Below, one piece after another: positions 59,536 through 64,000 of a DNA stretch of 64,000 bases; position 1 is the stretch's first letter, and the number at the start of each line of letters is the position of its first letter. The notes under the pieces were generated by a model. That model was given only the letters and a program-made list of their open reading frames with translations, made no database searches and was not told where the DNA came from. Source of the stretch: Podarcis bocagei (taxonomy: Eukaryota); the NCBI GenBank assembly GCA_964188305.1, contig OZ076900.1; one strand, written 5' to 3'. A program made the position numbers and the translations under genes.

Positions 59536-61584
59536 AAAGCATATTTAAAGCATGCTCTCTCCCCCAAATAATCCAGGGAAATGGAGTTAATGGTGCTGCA
59601 AATTATAACTCTAGGGTGTGTGGGTGTGAGCTACAGTTCCCAGAATTATTATGGATGTGCTTTAAATTATGGCACATAATTTGGATGTGCTTTAAATTAT
59701 GGGCTTAAAGGGTCTTCTTTTGCAGGATACATGCATAAATTATCCTCAGAGCATCTGAGTGCAGAAGTTCACCCTGCTGTATCTGAGACTATCCTTAAAC
59801 AATTGCATCTACTGAACAAAAATGAAAAGGTCAGAAGCAGATGCAGTTGCTCTAGCGACACACTTCTGGAGAGGCACGTGAGCTGCTCTTTCTTATCTTT
59901 ATTTCTCTGAGGAAGATGCATCGAATTGTACAGCAAGGTCTTGTGAGAATAAGTGAGAGCATAAGTGGTCCTACCATTTTAAAAGTACTCCCTATAGGTT
60001 ATGTTGCATGGGGAGGAGGAAGAAACAGTTTACAAGGCAGTATTAGAACTGAGCACAGCTTTAATCAGGCACATTTTATCTTGAATTTGTTTTTCATTTG
60101 ATTTTACTGTTTCATCACAAACACACTCCATCAAAGCTTTCATGACAGAAACATAGATTTCTCTTTCCTGCGTGTCAGCTTTCACCTGCATCACTGTCCT
60201 TACAGTCTCTTCTTCTTTTCACTTTGCCATCTTACAAAGACTCACCAATCTGCAATCAACTTTGTTACAAAGACACAGCACCAATAATTTTCTTATCTTT
60301 TGTCAGACACTTTAGAATTCTTACTACTTAAGTGGCATGAGGTTAGCATTTGGCAATTTATGATTTTTGTAGTTTACATAATGCTCCTGAGTCCCCAGAA
60401 GGAGCAGTATTCAGGTGAGTCCCACCACCAGATCTAAAAACCTTGAAAGAAGACCATGCCCTGGATGTTGAAGGTGCAATAATCCCTGCAATTATTACAG
60501 AAGTTCCAGAGGAACTGTGAGGCAGAAATCCCTGTATTCAGATGTTCTGATGAACACAAATACTTCCAGGTCACACAGTGTGTTCTCACATTATTACACA
60601 CATAAACACACACAGAGCTCTGGTTACAGGCGTGCAAAGAGCTTGATAAAGGAGGAAATATAGAAGTAGTGATGCTTATGTGTGACAATTACTAACAATT
60701 ACTTTCCCCAGTTGTGCTTCTCATTAAAAACAATTCAATTGAATATACACTCCGATTTTGACAAAGGATAATAGTTTCTGTGTTAACTTCACAGGATTTC
60801 AGAACTTTATCTTATTCTCATAATAGTGTTGATATGGCATCCCTATCAATACAGAACAGAGTTGTTCTAAGTAACAATCTTTGTTAAATCTCAAAGCTGT
60901 GTTCCTGCTGTAGGTATAGAGAGAAAATTCCTAATTACATAGTTACTGTGAAAATAACACATCATTTCCCCAGGAAAGTGCATGGCAACGTGCTTCAGGC
61001 AATGGTAATTACATGGTAACGTGTACTGCAGATCCTACATTTTGTCTCTGATAACAGTAAATAACATGTACTTTAGCTATGTGGAAGGGTTTGAGATAAA
61101 TGTCAGGCAGTATGTATGATGAAGAAGAAGGGAGCCATTTATGGTGAAATCGAAGGGAAACTTTAGATGATGACTCTCAAAATATCAGCCATATGGGTTC
61201 ATTTCTGGCTCACATAAATACTTTTGGTCCATGGTTTTATACTGTTCTTTGTGTGGCATGGCTCGCAATATTCTACACAGGTGTCGTTCTGTTAACAATC
61301 AAGTGCCCTGCAGAACTTCGGTAATGAGTAAATTTGCTGTTAAGTGAAACTGACCTTTCAGGGAAGTCATGGTTTTAACACCACATTATTGTGATCTAAA
61401 AAGCAAGTCATTGGAAGCATATTTCCTGTTAGGGGTGTCAGAAGAGAGCTGTTATTTTGAAAAACAGTAACATTTTCCATCATAGGTATTGGCACTCCAG
61501 TTTTTCACACAACTTTCAGCCTGACTGACCCAGTGGAAAACACAAGGAAAGTCTTGGTGGGCCAGATAGCCATCAGAAGAGGTA

Positions 61585-61715
61585 GACTATGTGGTGTCCT
61601 TCAGGGGTTGTGGTGCTCCAACTCCCATATTCCCTAGCTATTGGCCATGCTGGTTGGGAATGATGGGAGGTGAAGTCCAGCAGCATCTTGATGGCATTAC
61701 ATTGGCTGTCCCTGC
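61585..61715. mobile_element. Palindromic hAT-like MITE
   Basis: ctccaactcccat..atgatgggaggtgaagtccagcagcatct. Confidence 0.65.
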
Positions 61716-61814
61716 CCTGAAGTTACTTACCTGTAAAATATTGTTTAATATATAATAATCTAAAGTTGGAGGGCATATCAACAACCATTAGAATTCCAAA
61801 CCAAGTAAATATCT

Positions 61815-61872
<58 letters not shown>
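61815..61872. repeat. (GA)n microsatellite
   Basis: Read directly from the sequence. Confidence 0.95.
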
Positions 61873-61877
<5 letters not shown>

Positions 61878-62189
61878 GAGGAGAGTGGAACTGGATTTTT
61901 CCGTATAAGTCTACCTCGAAAATTGTTGTTAATGCACCATTCTTACTATCCTAGGTGGAAGTACAGCTTATTTTAAATTTATATGGTAGTTTTGTGTATT
62001 TGTGAGCTATTGGGTTTCAGTTTCCATTGCTTAGTTTGGGTTTCTTTCCTTTCTGTAGAAATCTGAATAAAACAAGCTTGAGAGAGAGGACAGACAGATG
62101 CACACACACGCGATCTATTTATCTAAGAAAAAGACCACTCACCATCTTTGCGGTGACGGCTGCTGCTGCAACTGCTGGCAAGTGGGGAG

Positions 62190-62945
62190 GGGGGAGGCCT
62201 GAAAAACCCCCCATGTGACTGGCTGGCATTGTCATTAGACTTGGCTGACAATGTGGAGTTTTGAGGCTCTAGTTCAATTTAAATTTAAATGGGCCAATGA
62301 TAGCCAATTTAGGGGGTGGTCCTTTTAGGGCAGACCTGCTTGAAGCCTACCTGTACCTGGCTTTACTCAGGTCCATCTCCAACCCATTTAAACTGGCTGC
62401 TCTTGTCTTCAGAAGTGCAGTCAGCAACAGATGTTCTACCTGCCCACCCCGAAAGTTTGGCCCTGCCCGATGTTAAGCAGGCAACACATGTGCATGACTT
62501 TGCTGTGAAGTTACTTGGCCGCTGTATTTGGGTCCTGGGAGGATTGGCCTAGTTTGGAGGGGTTTGCTTAGCTCACAGCAACTTGGGAAAAAACATTGAG
62601 TTGAATCCTTAGTCTAAACAGAGGGGGTGGGAAGGAGCTATGACCCTCTCTTCCTGATCAAAGTATCAGGGTACCCCAGAAGGATTCTATCTGAATGCCC
62701 AGACAGGGGCTAACAGGCCATGGAACCCCCCTACTGCTATCCTGGAGGGGTTGCCCATATTTGATGTGCATCTTATGGGGATTCTTAATTCAGGATTGAC
62801 CCTGGTGAAGTAATTAGCCTGCAATCGGGGTGGTTGATTCAGGATACATACCAACTGCCTATGCCAAAGCCTACTGACATCTGTAATCAATAAAAGTTGA
62901 GCCATTTTGATCCCAACATGTTGTCATGTCATTTTATTTCTTCAT
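62190..62945 (+). mobile_element. Degraded LTR-like element related to 51554-52346
   Basis: The 3' block ccaactgcctatgccaaagcc..ctgtaatcaataaaagttgagcc parallels ccaatgcctaagccaatacc..ctgtaatcaataaagttgtggcc. The left boundary is uncertain. Confidence 0.5.
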
Positions 62946-63106
62946 GTGCCCCTGCCCCAGCGACCTTGGCCTCACTGCAAATGCCCCCCCCCAAATAAAA
63001 TAGGGATTGTAATTCTATTTCTTGAATAAATGATTGAACCTGTGTAGCTCTCGCACCAGTATCAGTGGAAACCCAGCTTCTGATTATAAGAATGTAGGGA
63101 TTTTAT

Positions 63107-63120
63107 GTTGCCATGGAAAC
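63107..63120. promoter_or_regulatory. RFX X-box motif
   Basis: GTTGCCATGGAAAC, a canonical X-box; function not shown. Confidence 0.4.
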
Positions 63121-63772
63121 TCAATATGCATTTCAAAACTCTTGGATTCTTATGGATTCTTAAAAGGATGGGCTGCCTGGCCAGAAGACTCTTGCATTCA
63201 CTCATGGCCTAGATTCTGCCACTTGATGGCCTTGAAACTTTGAGGTTAGGGAGAGACAGTCTCTGAAAGCTTCACAGGCTAACTACAAACCAATCTGAAA
63301 CATACAAATAGCTAGTTTCAAAAGTGAAAGAGCACGCATGGGCTGCAATAGTTTTTCCCTTTTGAATGTTGTCATCTCAGATGTGCACTATCTCCCTTTG
63401 GTTTCTCCTTAGAAATGCTCTCACACCTAATTGACTCTCTGGATCACAGACTATTCTGTCTTCTGAGAGTGAATTTTTACATACACTTCTTCCCACCACA
63501 AGACTATTACAAAAGCCTGGATTTTGTTGTTGTCACTGGAAATGAATATGACTTTTAAAAACAGGAAACACTATGAAAATTACTAAAATAAGAATCCCAC
63601 CACTCTTAATATTCTTTCAATTTTGTTTTCAGTGCTGTTGGGATTAAAATGTTCACACCTTTCATCATTTTAAAACATGTAACAGGGAAGAGGTTTGTTG
63701 CATTTACTGAAAGTTATTTCCACAGTAAGTTATTATCATATACAATTTATTGAGTCTCTGTGTTGTTTATAC

Positions 63773-63900
63773 CAGGGTGTAGAATTTGTGGCCCTCCAAA
63801 TGTTGTTGAACTCCATCTTCCATAATCCCTGGCCCATTGCGCTGGCTGTAGCTGATTGGTTCAACAATGTATGGAGAGCCATAAGAACACCACCCCTGGT
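63773..63900. mobile_element. Palindromic hAT-like MITE
   Basis: cagggtgtagaatttgtggccctccaaatgttgttgaactcc..acaatgtatggagagcca..cacccctg. Confidence 0.6.
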
Positions 63901-64000
63901 TTATACTTAGAAAGGATAGAACAGTCTAAAATGGAACACTGTACTTTAATGAAAAGGGTGATGGACCTGCACTGGGAACACCTGGTTTCAAATACCCACA

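Noticed and set aside
1-64000. CRISPR arrays, operons, rRNA or endogenous viral genes
   Set aside because: This is vertebrate repeat-rich non-coding DNA with no repeat-spacer array, no rRNA motifs and no long viral ORFs.

Overview
This is vertebrate non-coding DNA, almost certainly from a squamate and probably a lacertid lizard. The basis is multiple Sauria SINEs with ACCTTT-type tails, Squam3-like SINEs, and squamate-type CR1, L1, L2 and MITE families. I found no host protein-coding exon I can support. The recognisable coding sequence comes from decayed LINEs: CR1 ORF2 at about 17.8-18.6 kb, L1 ORF2 at about 4.0-4.5 kb and 19.7-21.7 kb, and a small L2 fragment. The window is a mosaic of nested transposable elements, many with readable target-site duplications (TSDs), separated by repeat-poor AT/TAAT-rich blocks that look like conserved enhancers. 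This suggests a large intron or gene desert near a developmental or neural gene (inference only). The most unusual observation is a 601-bp solo LTR (TG...CA ends, 5-bp TSD) whose U3 is filled from nt 5 to the TATA-like box by a ~129-codon ORF. That ORF is acidic/Pro-rich then basic and contains RRSARL, the HMGN-type nucleosome acidic-patch motif. Other points of interest are a head-to-head Sauria SINE fusion with two 3' tails, a gypsy LTR-PBS(tRNA-Leu)-gag remnant, a probable AmnSINE1/Deu-domain relic, and two canonical RFX X-boxes. Family names come from memory of consensus sequences and need Dfam/Repbase confirmation.
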